A stretch of 61,755 nt of DNA, filler included, from Stramenopiles sp. TOSAG23-6 (lineage: Eukaryota): NCBI GenBank assembly GCA_900128565.1. It is 18 parts of 18 records of this genome, joined end to end, with 100 filler letters (N's around TTAATTAATTAA, not from the genome) between each part and the next. Parts side by side here need not be neighbours in the genome. Positions count along the whole stretch, not along the records: positions 20,725 to 24,067 come from LT637548.1; positions 24,168 to 27,508 come from LT637549.1; positions 27,609 to 30,941 come from LT637550.1; positions 31,042 to 34,371 come from LT637551.1; positions 34,472 to 37,800 come from LT637552.1; 13 more parts are not named here. One strand, 5' to 3'. Position 1 is the first letter of the stretch, and every line of letters starts with the position of its first letter. Shown here one piece after another: positions 23,300-35,029 of this stretch. The notes under the pieces were generated by a model that saw nothing but the letters and a program-made list of their open reading frames with translations, ran no database searches and had not been told where the DNA came from. The translations under genes were made by a program, and so were the position numbers.

Positions 23300-23780
23300 A
23301 TTGGAAAAGGTGAAGGAAACACAAAACACAAAACAAAACACATACAATGTTATCCATGCGAATGGATGCGAATGTATGATATAGTGTGTGAGAGAGAGAC
23401 AGAGAGATCAAGGTTAAAAGGTAAAAGTGAAAGGAGAAAGAGAAATGGAAATCGATTGAGGGGGGAAACAATTAGGTTAAACATGGAGGAAATAATGAGG
23501 TTAAACAAGAAATAAAACAAAACACAAACAAAGGAATCCATGCGAATGGATGCGAATGTATTATGTAATGAGTGAGAGAGAGAGAGAGAGATGAAAAGGG
23601 GAACAGAAAAGTGAAAAGAGAAACACAAATGGAAAGCGATTTTCTTTTGTAAATGGGGGAAACATTGGGGGAAAGAATATGGTTGTAGTTAGGGAAAAGT
23701 AATACACAAACAAGGCAATCCATGCGAATGGATGAGAGAGTTAGATAGGGAGAGAGAGTTAGATATGGAGAGAGAGTTAC
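23300..23780. repeat. ~183-bp diverged tandem repeat (about 2.5 units) containing ATCCATGCGAATGGAT
   Basis: Core at 23352, 23536 and 23718, each followed by a GA tract. Confidence 0.8.
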
Positions 23781-24320
23781 ATAGTGAAACTTACATTGGT
23801 CTCCTCCATTGTTTTGGCTTTAGTTTAGAGTTTTGTCTACTACTCTTTACAGCCACTCAATCTTTTGCTGAGCAAAGATCCTATCCGATCTTCTTCTTAA
23901 CGGATTGGCACAAACCTGTCGACGATATTATCGAAATTTCAAAAATTAAAATATTTCGTGTCTTTTTATATTCTATTTATATTTATGTTGTTTTTGATTA
24001 TAAAAATGGACATTTGCAGGTATGTGATTAATGTCCTCCGGACGGGCTGCTCGCCGCAGGGGCTGTGNNNNNNNNNNNNNNNNNNNNNNNNNNNNNNNNN
24101 NNNNNNNNNNNTTAATTAATTAANNNNNNNNNNNNNNNNNNNNNNNNNNNNNNNNNNNNNNNNNNNNTAAATTTTTTTTCGTACGAAATTTTGTACCTAA
24201 CAATTTTTTCTAAAATTTTTTTGAAATATTTTTCCAAAATACAAATGTCATTTTACTACACGAAACAGGTAGTAAATATTCTGGTAAACTCAAATTTCGT
24301 TTTGGGATTTCTATTTGGCT

Positions 24321-25843
24321 TTATTTAGTATCAATTGTGTTACCAATGTTTTCATCATTTTGTTTTTGATGTTTTTGAAGATTTTTGATGTTTTTGATGA
24401 TTTTTGATGATTTTGATGATGATTTTTGATGATGTTTTTGATGATGGTTTTGATGATGATTTTGAAGATTTTGATGATGAAAAATTATAAAAATTAACTT
24501 TTGATGATGAGTTTTGTTTATCAAATAATAATTTCTTTTTTAAAATCTAAAACGTTTGGAATTTTTTCTCTTTTGATTTTTTGTCAAATGTAAAACATCT
24601 GAATATTTTTCTCTTTTGTCTCTTTTGATTCGTTTAAAATGATTTCTGTTCTTATTTACTGTTTGACTACCCAAATTAAGTACAGATTTTCGTAGGGTTT
24701 TTGGTGTGAGCTTTATTTATTTTGGAAAAATATTTATTAAAAAAAATCTAAAAAAAATTGTTAGGTACAAAATTTACTATGAAAAAAAAATTTAGGAAAA
24801 AAAATATTTCAATTTCAAATTTCAAAAAAAATTTTCAATTTCAAATTTCAAAAAAAAAATAAAATATACATCATATTTACACGGGAAAGTTTCAATGTGT
24901 TTTCTCTGATATGTTTTCTTAAACGATGACGACCAGCTATACATGAAATGTAGAAAAATATATATTTTTTTTTTTTATTCAAAATTGAAAAAAAAAAAAC
25001 CTACTAGGCATTAGATGTATAGGTAAAGGCAAAGAAGAAGTGGGAGTATTGTAATCATCATTTGTAGTCCTTGTCATTCTATTAATATTTGTGAATGTAA
25101 TACTTTGTTTTCTATCTTTTTGGTCTTTTTGGTCTTTTTCGTTCGAATGTTTTTTTGAGTCTGAAAAATAAAATGAATCTGGTGAAAGATCGGGTGTAGC
25201 TCGGTGTAGTTTTTTACGATGTGCTGTTTTTGGTCGTTTTTTCATTGAGGATGTATTTGTATATTTCATATATCTTGGTATATCCAAATCATTCACAGTA
25301 TTACTATGAGAATTTGTATTCTTTTGATTCCTACTAATAGAATTAATATTTTTATTATTTTGAGTGTTTTGTTCATTTGTAGGGTTAGTAGGGTAAGTAG
25401 GGTTAAGGTTGAGAGTAGTATTCAAATCTATATTTAAATCTTTACTAATATATTGTTGAAGAAATGTAGGTAACCTCCGCATGTATTCATCATTTGATCT
25501 TTGAATATTTTGTTTTGTTTTCTTTGTTTGTAAGCAAACTTCTGGTATTTTTATAGCAACATTTGAATATTTTTCAAATTTTTTTTGCACAGTTTTTGAT
25601 CTCGGTGACTTTTTTACTTCAAGTATTTTTAATAAGCTTTCGCAATCAATCATTCTATTCTTAAAAGTCATTTTACCATTTTTCCTATTTTTCCTATTTA
25701 ATTCATATTTTTCTCCAGTGTTTATTGATATGATATTATCAAATATAGTTCCTAAGAGCTCTCGATCGAAATTTCCAAAATAATGCATGCCTCTTACAAA
25801 ATCAATAAATGATATTTCGTCATTTAAATTATTATGCTTACTC
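24321..25843 (-). CDS. Hypothetical multi-exon protein fragment (EF-hand-like EISFIDFVRGM near its start)
   Basis: ORF 24979-25845 plus downstream exons linked by intron 24715-24869 (GT...AT); 3' end uncertain. Confidence 0.45.
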
Positions 25844-25954
25844 ATGGACTTTGGAAAAATATTTCAAAATTTTTCTAAAAAAAAAAATTGTTAGGTACAA
25901 AATTTTCAAAAATAAATAAATTCGATTTTTTTGTAAAAAAAAAATAAAACATAC

Positions 25955-26795
25955 ATTCACCAACATAGTTTTCATTTTCTATCATAGGTGGCTCCCACTC
26001 TCCATCATCATCATCATCCCAGTCTTCTGGTTTTTCTGCATCTGGATCTGGGATATTTTCAGGTTCATCATCAAAACCTTCTGGTTTTACATCAGTTGGA
26101 TCTGGAATGAGTTCCTCATGCACCCAATTTTTTGGTTCACTCTGCGTTGGATCTTTGATCATTTTTGGCTTGAGAAATGACCAATCGTCTTCAAGTCTTC
26201 CAGACTTTTCAAGTTCACCATCAATTTGCATTTCATACGTATTATCTTTACGTAGTATAAGAGTATACACGTGGGACAGTTGGTCCAATTCGCATCGAGG
26301 TTCGTTTTTAGTCTGTAAATTGTTTCCCTTGTAGGACAATATAATATGCGTTTTACGGGTGGAATGTCCACAAATATCAGGGCCAAACATTACATTATAT
26401 TTCGTGTCGCCACCAAAACTGTCCTGATCTATACCAGGTGGGAGAAGTTTAATGTAAGCACCACCACAATCAATGTTTTGCTCGTGTTTTACGGAATATT
26501 GAACAATAAGATCTTTATCCTTGTTATCAAACACTTCAGAAAAAATAGCAGATAAACCAAAGAACTTTGCATCATTTGTTGTTTGAATACCCCTGTCACT
26601 TTTCTTTCCATACCATTGACCAGCTGAAGAAGTCCACTTTCCCATCTGAGTTGAAGGTTTCCACTTCGTTGGTTGAACCCATCGGTCTTCCCATCCTTTC
26701 CCAAAACTTTCTTGGAAATAAATCTTGGCGTCCGAAACCTTTAACATTGACAATACTGTCAATATCGACACTGTCAGTGCAATGACACGTAACAT
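25955..26795 (-). CDS. CALR: Calreticulin, exon 1 only
   Basis: Signal peptide, VKHEQNIDCGGAYIKL, MFGPDICG, IPDPDAEKPEDWD, GEWEPPMI; donor GTATGT at 25954. Confidence 0.95.
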
Positions 26796-27291
26796 TGCTT
26801 TGATTTCTGCTTTAAATAAGTATTTACTCTTTATTAAATTTAAAGACGTACTATATCTGGGAGGGAACAAACTTTTTCTGGCCACTCATCATAAGTAGTA
26901 GTCATCTCTGATATGAGATCTGATCATTCAAAAATTGTAGGGTTAGGGCAAGTTACCGGGTATTTGTTGAACAGATGTCTGTAATTATTCATATTATTCA
27001 TAATATTATGGCGAATAATGTGAATAATTTCATAATGATTTTACAATAGAATAGATATTTGACAACAGAATGGATTAAAAAAAAATAATGATTATCTACT
27101 TTGAATAAACAAAAAAAAAAGAAAAAAATACTTTGAGTTGATTTTTATACAATTTAAATAAAAAGCATTTTCTGAAACATCATTGGCTTATTATGAATCA
27201 ACTTTTTGACTGTAGCTAGGATTCGGAAAAAACACATCATTATTGTTACATTTAAAAAAAATGTTTTTTCTTTCCATTATTGAAAACCTCT

Positions 27292-27508
27292 TCACGCATT
27301 GCTGTTCTCTTCTCCACCTCGTGAGCTTGAATATCTGTCATCCCGTCCATATTTGTCTTCAGATCGAGAGTTAGAATATCTGTCACCACCTCGTGAACTA
27401 GAATATCTGTCCCCTCCACGTGAACTAGAATATCTGTCACCTCCACGAGAATATCTGTCATCATATCTCGAGTTAGAATATCTGTCACCTCCACGAGAAT
27501 ATCTGTCA
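27292..27508 (-). CDS. C-terminus of an RGG/RS-repeat protein
   Basis: Repeats translate as DRYSSSRGG, ending EENSNA*. Confidence 0.55.
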
Positions 27509-28677
27509 NNNNNNNNNNNNNNNNNNNNNNNNNNNNNNNNNNNNNNNNNNNNTTAATTAATTAANNNNNNNNNNNNNNNNNNNNNNNNNNNNNNNNNNNN
27601 NNNNNNNNGAGCAATTGGCATATTTCTTCNCGTNTACTTGGTATTCTTGTTGTTAAATGGTATTTGGTATAACACAATTAGCAATTAATAAATCTCAAGT
27701 TCCTGTATTTTGTAAAAAAGTGTAAATAAAATGTTTCATTTGTAAGTAAAGTTACATATTGGTTATAATAATACAAATTAAGAAATATAATAAGCATTCA
27801 TAGTTTTCAGAATTGTTGAACATTTTGTACATTTTTCTTGAATTTGTACAAATTAAAATTATGTACAGAAATTCTATTATGTGTTGTTGTTGTCTTCCAA
27901 AAATAATTGACGTCAAAAAGGAAGCGACAGACTATATAAAAGTCTCTTTTTGAATGGTATTGGCCATTTAAGTATTGTCGTAAGGGGAATAACATGCATC
28001 TTTCATTTGTATGAGTTGTTTATGCTTTCTTTCAAAAAGCGTTCATTTCTTCTGGTCTATATTCTTTCCTTACTCTGTGGTACTGTTAACCAAATGTTGA
28101 ACGTTACTTTTATAAATCGTTCTCTACATTATAGTTATAGTTTTCTCCCTTGAAACAAATTATACTCGTATTGCATAATTTATTTAGATGATATGGTGTA
28201 TGGATATTGTTTATAAAATATTATGAATAATGTACAACGTACCTTTTTGTGAGGGTTAGAGATTTGGGATTGCTGTTGGTTCCAGAAGTCTGTTCAAGGG
28301 AATGGATACTGAATAGATAGATCTTCTTGCGATCTTCTTTTGATAAATGATAACGGACGAAATTACACGAAAACCCACGCAAGCGATCGTTGCCGGTGGA
28401 GCGGTTGGCGGGGCCAAAAAAAAAAGTAAAGATAGCAACTACTTTTCTATAATTTACTCAAACATAATTGAATTACTATGTAATATGTTTGATACAGTAC
28501 CAAATAAAAAACTTTAATTTTGATAGTCGATTCAGGTAAGAATGTACACCGTACCAATTAGGTACGAAATTTGTATATACATAATAAAACTCTTTATTAT
28601 ATGATATGAAATTCATTTAGTATTCATCTTAAAAGTATATGTACACGATCTGAATACAGAGTTCTCCCTTAATTCAA

Positions 28678-30237
28678 TTATCTAAAAAACACGTCCAGTG
28701 CAGACCACATTTTTTGTGACTCTTTACCCTGTGGGTCAACCATATCAAATGTAAATGGCCCAATACCTCCCAAGTTTATGTATTTCTAAAAAAATAAAAA
28801 ATTTGAAATTCATTAGGTATGAAATTTCATACGAAAATATTAAAAAAAAAATGTTTTTTGTTTTACTATGAAAATTTCGTATGAAAGATAGTCAATCACA
28901 AAAAATGAAAACTGAAAAGGAAAGACCAAAACATACATTGAACGAGCAAACGAATATTTTAAAGCCAAACTTTCTGCATCATCAAACCAATATTGATACA
29001 CGGTACCATTCTCGACACTATTAAAGAATGGAGCTGACATAATTTATGAAAAANTATTTGAAAAATTTGATTTTTTTTGTTAGGTACAAAATTTACTACA
29101 AAAAAACAATTCGAAATTTCATGCTGAAATTGTACATATTATCGTCCCATTGTAGAGCAGTAGAAGCAACAGGGCTATGTTGTAGTTGGCGGATATCTTT
29201 GAATGAGATTTCGGACCCCGTGTATCATGAAAAAATATTTTTAAAATTTTGAATTTTTTTGAAATTTGTTAGGTACAAAATTTCATATAAAATAAAAATT
29301 AGCTACAACAATTCATATTGAAAACGTATGCCGCATCACTACATTTAGCTCCACGAAATGGTACAGGTTGAATGGGACAATATCGTGCTATTTGTTTTGT
29401 TCCTGGTAAACAGGCGTAGCGGTAACCATACCATGGAACACCTAATATTAGCTTTTTTTTCGGAACACCAATATCAAGAAATCTGTGAATCCCTTTCATA
29501 ACTGTGCTAATGGGTGAGTTAGCACTCGCTATACAAGCATTTGTTATTTGGCTTTGAACATCATAGTCCATAACGTATAGTAAGTCACTCGCCATAGCTA
29601 ATGATGTGTAATTATACGCCCGACCGTCAATATCATCAGGTGAATACGCAACACAAACACTCACTTGATAGGAAGGGTTTATTTTTTGTAGTTCCTTTCG
29701 TGTCAATGAAACAAGGGAAGAATATGTATGCATATCAGGTGTTCCTGCAAGAAGAGGGGATTCATAGTCAAACACCACACCATCAACAAAACGTGTAATT
29801 ATCTGAGTTATTACGGCTTTCACCCAAAGCAGACGGGCCGAAACTGTCTTTAATAAGCCAAGGTCAACGGAAGGAGCTGCGAGTAAAGCTCGGCTTCCAT
29901 GGGCGTGTGCTGCACAAGTCATTACATCGTTTTGGCTCCAGGCAACAGTAGATACATGTGTCCAATTCATTGCAGTTGGGGTCGAATTAGATGATAGGAA
30001 TCCGTATACCTCACCACTTGAGCGGACTGGTGGTCCAGAGATTGGTTTACACAGAGAATCATTTGCACAAGGACACCGTCTCCTTGGTCCAGGACGCCAA
30101 GTATCAGATAGGCTACGTGCGTAGTTAGATTCGTGACGCCATCGTGTACGGGAAAATCTCATTATATTCGCGCTACATGGGTCAAAAAACAACAGTAGCA
30201 AAATGATAGCGTTCGTAAACATTACAAAGCTGCACAT
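28678..30237 (-). CDS. CTBS: Di-N-acetylchitobiase (GH18), 4 exons
   Basis: CPCANDSLCKPI, VDGVVFDYE, DLLYVMDYD, LILGVPWYG, PFRGAKCSDAAG; introns 29220-29329, 29039-29135, 28778-28936. Confidence 0.9.
28778..28936 (-). other. Non-canonical intron GT...AT
   Basis: TCA AT|GTATGT...AAATACAT|A AAC TTG GGA = ARSINLGGIG. Confidence 0.82.
29039..29135 (-). other. Non-canonical intron GT...AT
   Basis: AAT AT|GTACAA...AAATTAT|G TCA GCT CCA = WDDNMSAPFFN. Confidence 0.82.
29220..29329 (-). other. Motif intron AT...AC
   Basis: GCG GC|ATACGT...TACCTAAC...CATGATACAC|G GGG TCC = CSDAAGSE. Confidence 0.78.
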
Positions 30238-31066
30238 GAGATGACTTTTTTATGAAATGAAAGAGAATGTCGTTTTTCTTTGTCTTTTTGTGTCCGTTTG
30301 TCCTGTGCGCTCAAAAGAAAATTAACTGCGATTTTGATTCAACTTTTTACTCGAATTTTTTGTTTTTGTTTTTTCGTGTAATTTTTTTTTCTTTTTTTTT
30401 TGAATATTTATTCTTTAGGTAAGAAATTTTGGTAGGGAAATGTGGACAATGAATGCAACATGAAGGAAAAGAGAGGCATTGAAGAAAATCCATCAAAACA
30501 AACTTCAGTCCATAATGGTTTATATACTGAAAACTACAGCTTTGAAAGTAAAAACTCCGTCCTCTGACTTTGTCAAGAATTTCTGAAAAATCTGCAATTT
30601 TACATATTGCAGCAATATACATATTTTTTTTTCGGGTACCCGGGTTACCAAAAAGTTGTACCACCAGCAACGATTAACTAATTGTTCTGTCTCAAAACAG
30701 TTAGATTTCGTGATGTTTGTATCAACTGGCCATTATTCAAATGATACCTCAATGATAAAACAAATAAATACACAACAATGATATCAAATATTGTTGTATT
30801 GATTAATACAATATGTAAAACACCTACAACACCATCAACAATACCACAATGATAAAACAAATGAATACACAACAATGATATCAAATGTTGTTGTACNAAA
30901 CCCTAACAATTCCAGATACTTTTTGTTAAGAAATTCTAGTCNNNNNNNNNNNNNNNNNNNNNNNNNNNNNNNNNNNNNNNNNNNNTTAATTAATTAANNN
31001 NNNNNNNNNNNNNNNNNNNNNNNNNNNNNNNNNNNNNNNNNATCTCGGAATTCTACCGTCTTTATA

Positions 31067-32476
31067 ATGAGGAGTGGTAAATCCCAACGAAGAAAGCAGA
31101 ATAGCGAGAACAGAGCACAAGTTAGAAATGTTTTACCCAAAGTTCGGTGCAAAACTGTAAAGAACAATAATTATGAAAAGAAGCGTACTACGACGATTTC
31201 TGCTGTCAACTTAGCTCCGTTTTTGCACAAGGAAGTTACTGCTGTAAAACTAGTAGAAGTGGAAGAGATGCCTTCCATTAAAGTTGGGGGTGAGTGGCGA
31301 AGAGCTATAGAGTACAAAGAAAAACTTGAAGCTACTGTCAAAAAGCTATCTTTCGATCTATCTGAAGCTCAAACAGTTATTTCTGAAATGTCTCGTGCTA
31401 ATTCTAGAAATTTGCTCCAGAGATTTGGTTTTCGTGTCGCTCTTCTAGAAAGTAGTAAAGAAAACCTATTTTTGACCAGTAAGCTTGAGCACTGTAGTAA
31501 TGAGACGACCACATTACACTTAGCGTTAAAGAATCAGAACGCCAAAATGGAACAACTAGAACAAAGAAATAAAATATTATTGGAGAAATTTCAAAGACTT
31601 CAAACTAGTGAAGTAAGTATGTCCAAAAATATAGAAGAACTACAAAAACAATGTGTGGCAGCAGATTCACAAATACAACAGTTTATCAAGAACAGAAATG
31701 AACAGAAAAGCAAAAATGAACAACTCCTAAAACAGTTAAATGCTGAAAGCCAAAAAGTAGGGATATTTCGTAAAGCCAAGGAAGGTAAAGATACACAAAT
31801 TCTTTTACTTCTAAAAGAAAAAGAACGTATCAATAAAAAGCTTGAAAAGTTTGAAAAGGGAGCACATTGTAACCATCGAAGTAGATCTAGATGGGCAAAT
31901 ATTAATAATGATCATCCGCATATAAACCAAGTATCTTCCAACACTTTGCAAAATACAGTACCAGAAACCATTTCACTTAGTATAAATGGATTGGCTAGTT
32001 TTAATCCGTGGCTTCAGTCACCGTTTAGTCCAAATGTATCATCAAACAAACAGAATTGTAAAATTTCAACATGTGCATCAAATTTTAAAAATTTTGTCAC
32101 AGTGAACACTCAAGTATCACAAGAGCTGAAACATCATCAGCGTTTTCCATCAGTTGAATGTGAAAAAGATTTAAAAGATGGTAATAATAAATCAATTTCT
32201 AGCAAAGAATTAGAAAATTTTGAAATANATAATAGAAACCGATACTGGTCTAGCCAAGTAAACAATTATTCTCAAAAAAATGCTGCAGTAATAATTAAGA
32301 AATTAGGTATCGAAAAAGAAGAATTACTGAACCGATTTCGAGCCGCTACACGAAGGGCACAGAAAGCCGAAGCAAGATGTAATAAGATATCAGGTATCTC
32401 TCAAAGCAAAAATAAATACAAAAATATCGACACTAAAAGCAATAAAATAATGCCACACATTGAAAGATGGAAGTAA
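31067..32476 (+). CDS. Coiled-coil hypothetical protein
   Basis: 469-codon ORF with a heptad-like central region. Confidence 0.65.
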   Translation: MRSGKSQRRKQNSENRAQVRNVLPKVRCKTVKNNNYEKKRTTTISAVNLAPFLHKEVTAVKLVEVEEMPSIKVGGEWRRAIEYKEKLEATVKKLSFDLSEAQTVISEMSRANSRNLLQRFGFRVALLESSKENLFLTSKLEHCSNETTTLHLALKNQNAKMEQLEQRNKILLEKFQRLQTSEVSMSKNIEELQKQCVAADSQIQQFIKNRNEQKSKNEQLLKQLNAESQKVGIFRKAKEGKDTQILLLLKEKERINKKLEKFEKGAHCNHRSRSRWANINNDHPHINQVSSNTLQNTVPETISLSINGLASFNPWLQSPFSPNVSSNKQNCKISTCASNFKNFVTVNTQVSQELKHHQRFPSVECEKDLKDGNNKSISSKELENFEIXNRNRYWSSQVNNYSQKNAAVIIKKLGIEKEELLNRFRAATRRAQKAEARCNKISGISQSKNKYKNIDTKSNKIMPHIERWK

Positions 32477-32599
32477 AACTCATTATTTTTTACTGTAGTT
32501 TTATATCTATGATGCGATATATGTACATGGATTACACCAAAGAGAAGTAGCGGAAAACTATTTTACGTTGAAGAATATTTTTATTTTATTAAAAAAACT

Positions 32600-34165
32600 C
32601 TATATAACAAATTCATTTACAACCGTTGAACCTTCATTAGGAACATTTATATCAGTTGGTATTGCCACTTCATTTTCAACAATATCCGGTTCATCATCAG
32701 AAACTTCGACATTTTCATGATTGGTACTAGTTTGTATAGGCACTTCATTTTCAATTTCGTCCGGTTCATCGTCAGAGAGTTCGATAGGGGCATCATTTCC
32801 GCCTTTTCCATCGTGCTTCATCATTGTTAAAGGTGGAATAATATTTACTTTAGTACCATGAAACTGAATATTATTATTATGCTGATACTGCATGGATTCA
32901 CTACCTATATTTTGTTGCAAATGTGCATTATTTACTGTGTCATATTCTTGTACGTGTGAAGGGTTTCCAGCAAGATTCATACTTATAAGAGGATACCTGC
33001 GCTGAAGATCAACTACCAACTCATCTCCTTCGATATAACGGTCTACAACAAACTCTACTTTTTCATCAGTATTGACAAATGCACCACCTACACCATAATG
33101 ATTTTCGTCATCACCAGCATAAATATAATCCTTTTGATAATATAAAACAGATTCAGGGTGACCAGTATAAAAACGTCCAGTATCTTCATCTGAGTGATAT
33201 TTACCTTCACTTATATGTTCATCTCCACTTTCTTCACTAACAGTACGCTCTTCACTACTCGAATCTCCTAATTCGACGGGTTGCTCCCCTGTACCATCGC
33301 CTATTGTAGATATTTGTTTTTTTATACCCAATACGGAATTTATTGCGTGTTGTATATGTGGATATTTGGAAGCTATTTTTAACATCCATTTCCGAACTGG
33401 CGCTTGGTGAGGTTTTCCGGATGAAACTATCCTAAATACTTCTTTTGGGTTCCAAGGTAAATTTTCTTCTGAAATGTATTTGAGAACGTTAAGGTGTCCA
33501 CCCGATCCAGCAAATTCAGCTGTTTTCTCTCGCACATCAACACCCTTGCTTCGTAGCCAAGTGATTAATTCAATCCACCCTCCGGAAGCCGCCAAGTCAC
33601 AGGCGTCAGTGAGATCGAGCTCAGGCCATTTATGGTGTATCCATTGGGTCATATCTAAACTACCTACTCGTGCTGCAACTACACTCAATAACCATTCAGC
33701 CTTTTCTGGTGTCATTGCCCAAAAGTTTTTGACAAAAGCATATAACCACAAAAGATCTGTCTTTCGGTTACCAAAGCCTAACTGAATAAGACTATCGATT
33801 AAGGGTAAATTAATATTTAAATTATGGGCTGAAGGATACGGAAATGTAGACATATCCAACCAAGTTTTACTCGCACAAAATCTGAGCGCAACACCTGTAC
33901 ACACTTTGTCACCAAAACAACAAAATCGTGAAATGAGTGCAGCCAAATCAGGAGTCCTTCCAGAATTAATTTCAACTGCTTCGGTAGTAAATACTCGATG
34001 CGCAATGGAACGCATATTTTTGTTTGACATTTTTAACCTCTTAGGAGCAGCTTGATCAGTGCTTGCCCCAACTTTTGATTCATCGTTTGCTTCTTCTGTT
34101 GAATCTTTTGCTTTTGCTACAGATTCTTCTTTCCCGCTGGCATCAGCTATCGCTCTTCCCAACAT
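32600..34165 (-). CDS. Ankyrin-like repeat protein with acidic tail
   Basis: ACDLAASGGWIELITWLRSKG / TAEFAGSGGHLNVLKYISEENLPW; intronless. Confidence 0.7.
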   Translation of the reverse strand: MLGRAIADASGKEESVAKAKDSTEEANDESKVGASTDQAAPKRLKMSNKNMRSIAHRVFTTEAVEINSGRTPDLAALISRFCCFGDKVCTGVALRFCASKTWLDMSTFPYPSAHNLNINLPLIDSLIQLGFGNRKTDLLWLYAFVKNFWAMTPEKAEWLLSVVAARVGSLDMTQWIHHKWPELDLTDACDLAASGGWIELITWLRSKGVDVREKTAEFAGSGGHLNVLKYISEENLPWNPKEVFRIVSSGKPHQAPVRKWMLKIASKYPHIQHAINSVLGIKKQISTIGDGTGEQPVELGDSSSEERTVSEESGDEHISEGKYHSDEDTGRFYTGHPESVLYYQKDYIYAGDDENHYGVGGAFVNTDEKVEFVVDRYIEGDELVVDLQRRYPLISMNLAGNPSHVQEYDTVNNAHLQQNIGSESMQYQHNNNIQFHGTKVNIIPPLTMMKHDGKGGNDAPIELSDDEPDEIENEVPIQTSTNHENVEVSDDEPDIVENEVAIPTDINVPNEGSTVVNEFVI

Positions 34166-35029
34166 GTTAAAAATTGAATACTTGGAATTTATCAACCAAC
34201 AACAGTGTACAAAAAAAGAAAAGAAAAATTATTTTGACCCGACCGCATTTTTGACGGACGATTTGATTTCGTACCGGGTACCCACTTCGAAGAAATTTGA
34301 AATTTTGCGCATTTTTTTTTATTCAAATTTTTCGATTCGCTTGATTTCCAATTTGAAATTGAAATATTTAANNNNNNNNNNNNNNNNNNNNNNNNNNNNN
34401 NNNNNNNNNNNNNNNTTAATTAATTAANNNNNNNNNNNNNNNNNNNNNNNNNNNNNNNNNNNNNNNNNNNNCTTTAATACCAGATTGAAGAATCTTTGAA
34501 ATTTCATGGAGCATTTTAATCTTCTTGAATGAATCTTTTATTTTTAGCCGATAAATTTTTATGATTATAGGTTTATAATTTTAGTATTTCTAAGGTAGGT
34601 TGCAGTCTACATTGTGTGTTGAAACAACTTTACTATCCTTCGCTTCGGTCTTTTCTAGAGGTGCAATTCGATCAGTTGTTTCCATATTTCTTGCTCGTCG
34701 CTTAGCTGCACGTCTCTTTAGATGTTTAGTGAACTTCAAAACCCGAATGTAATTGGAAATCATATAATATAATAAATATATTGTGTACAGACACAAGAAG
34801 CACCACGGGAAAAATGATTCAAAAATCGCTTCTCCGCTTCTTCTTTGAATTTGAACAGCGAAGAAACATCTCCTTTTTCGTGTTTTTATAGTTTTTATAA
34901 CTGTTATTTGGCCATGGTCTCTTCGTATTTATTTACAGCCATTCATCTTTATAGCCTTATTCAAAGTATTGTTGAAAACGAAAATAAACTTTTCAAATTC
35001 CTCCACGTCATTTGGTGTACGAATTTCAA

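Noticed and set aside
27310..27508. CRISPR-like short repeats
   Set aside because: No unique spacers; these are coding DRYSSSRGG repeats in a eukaryotic gene.
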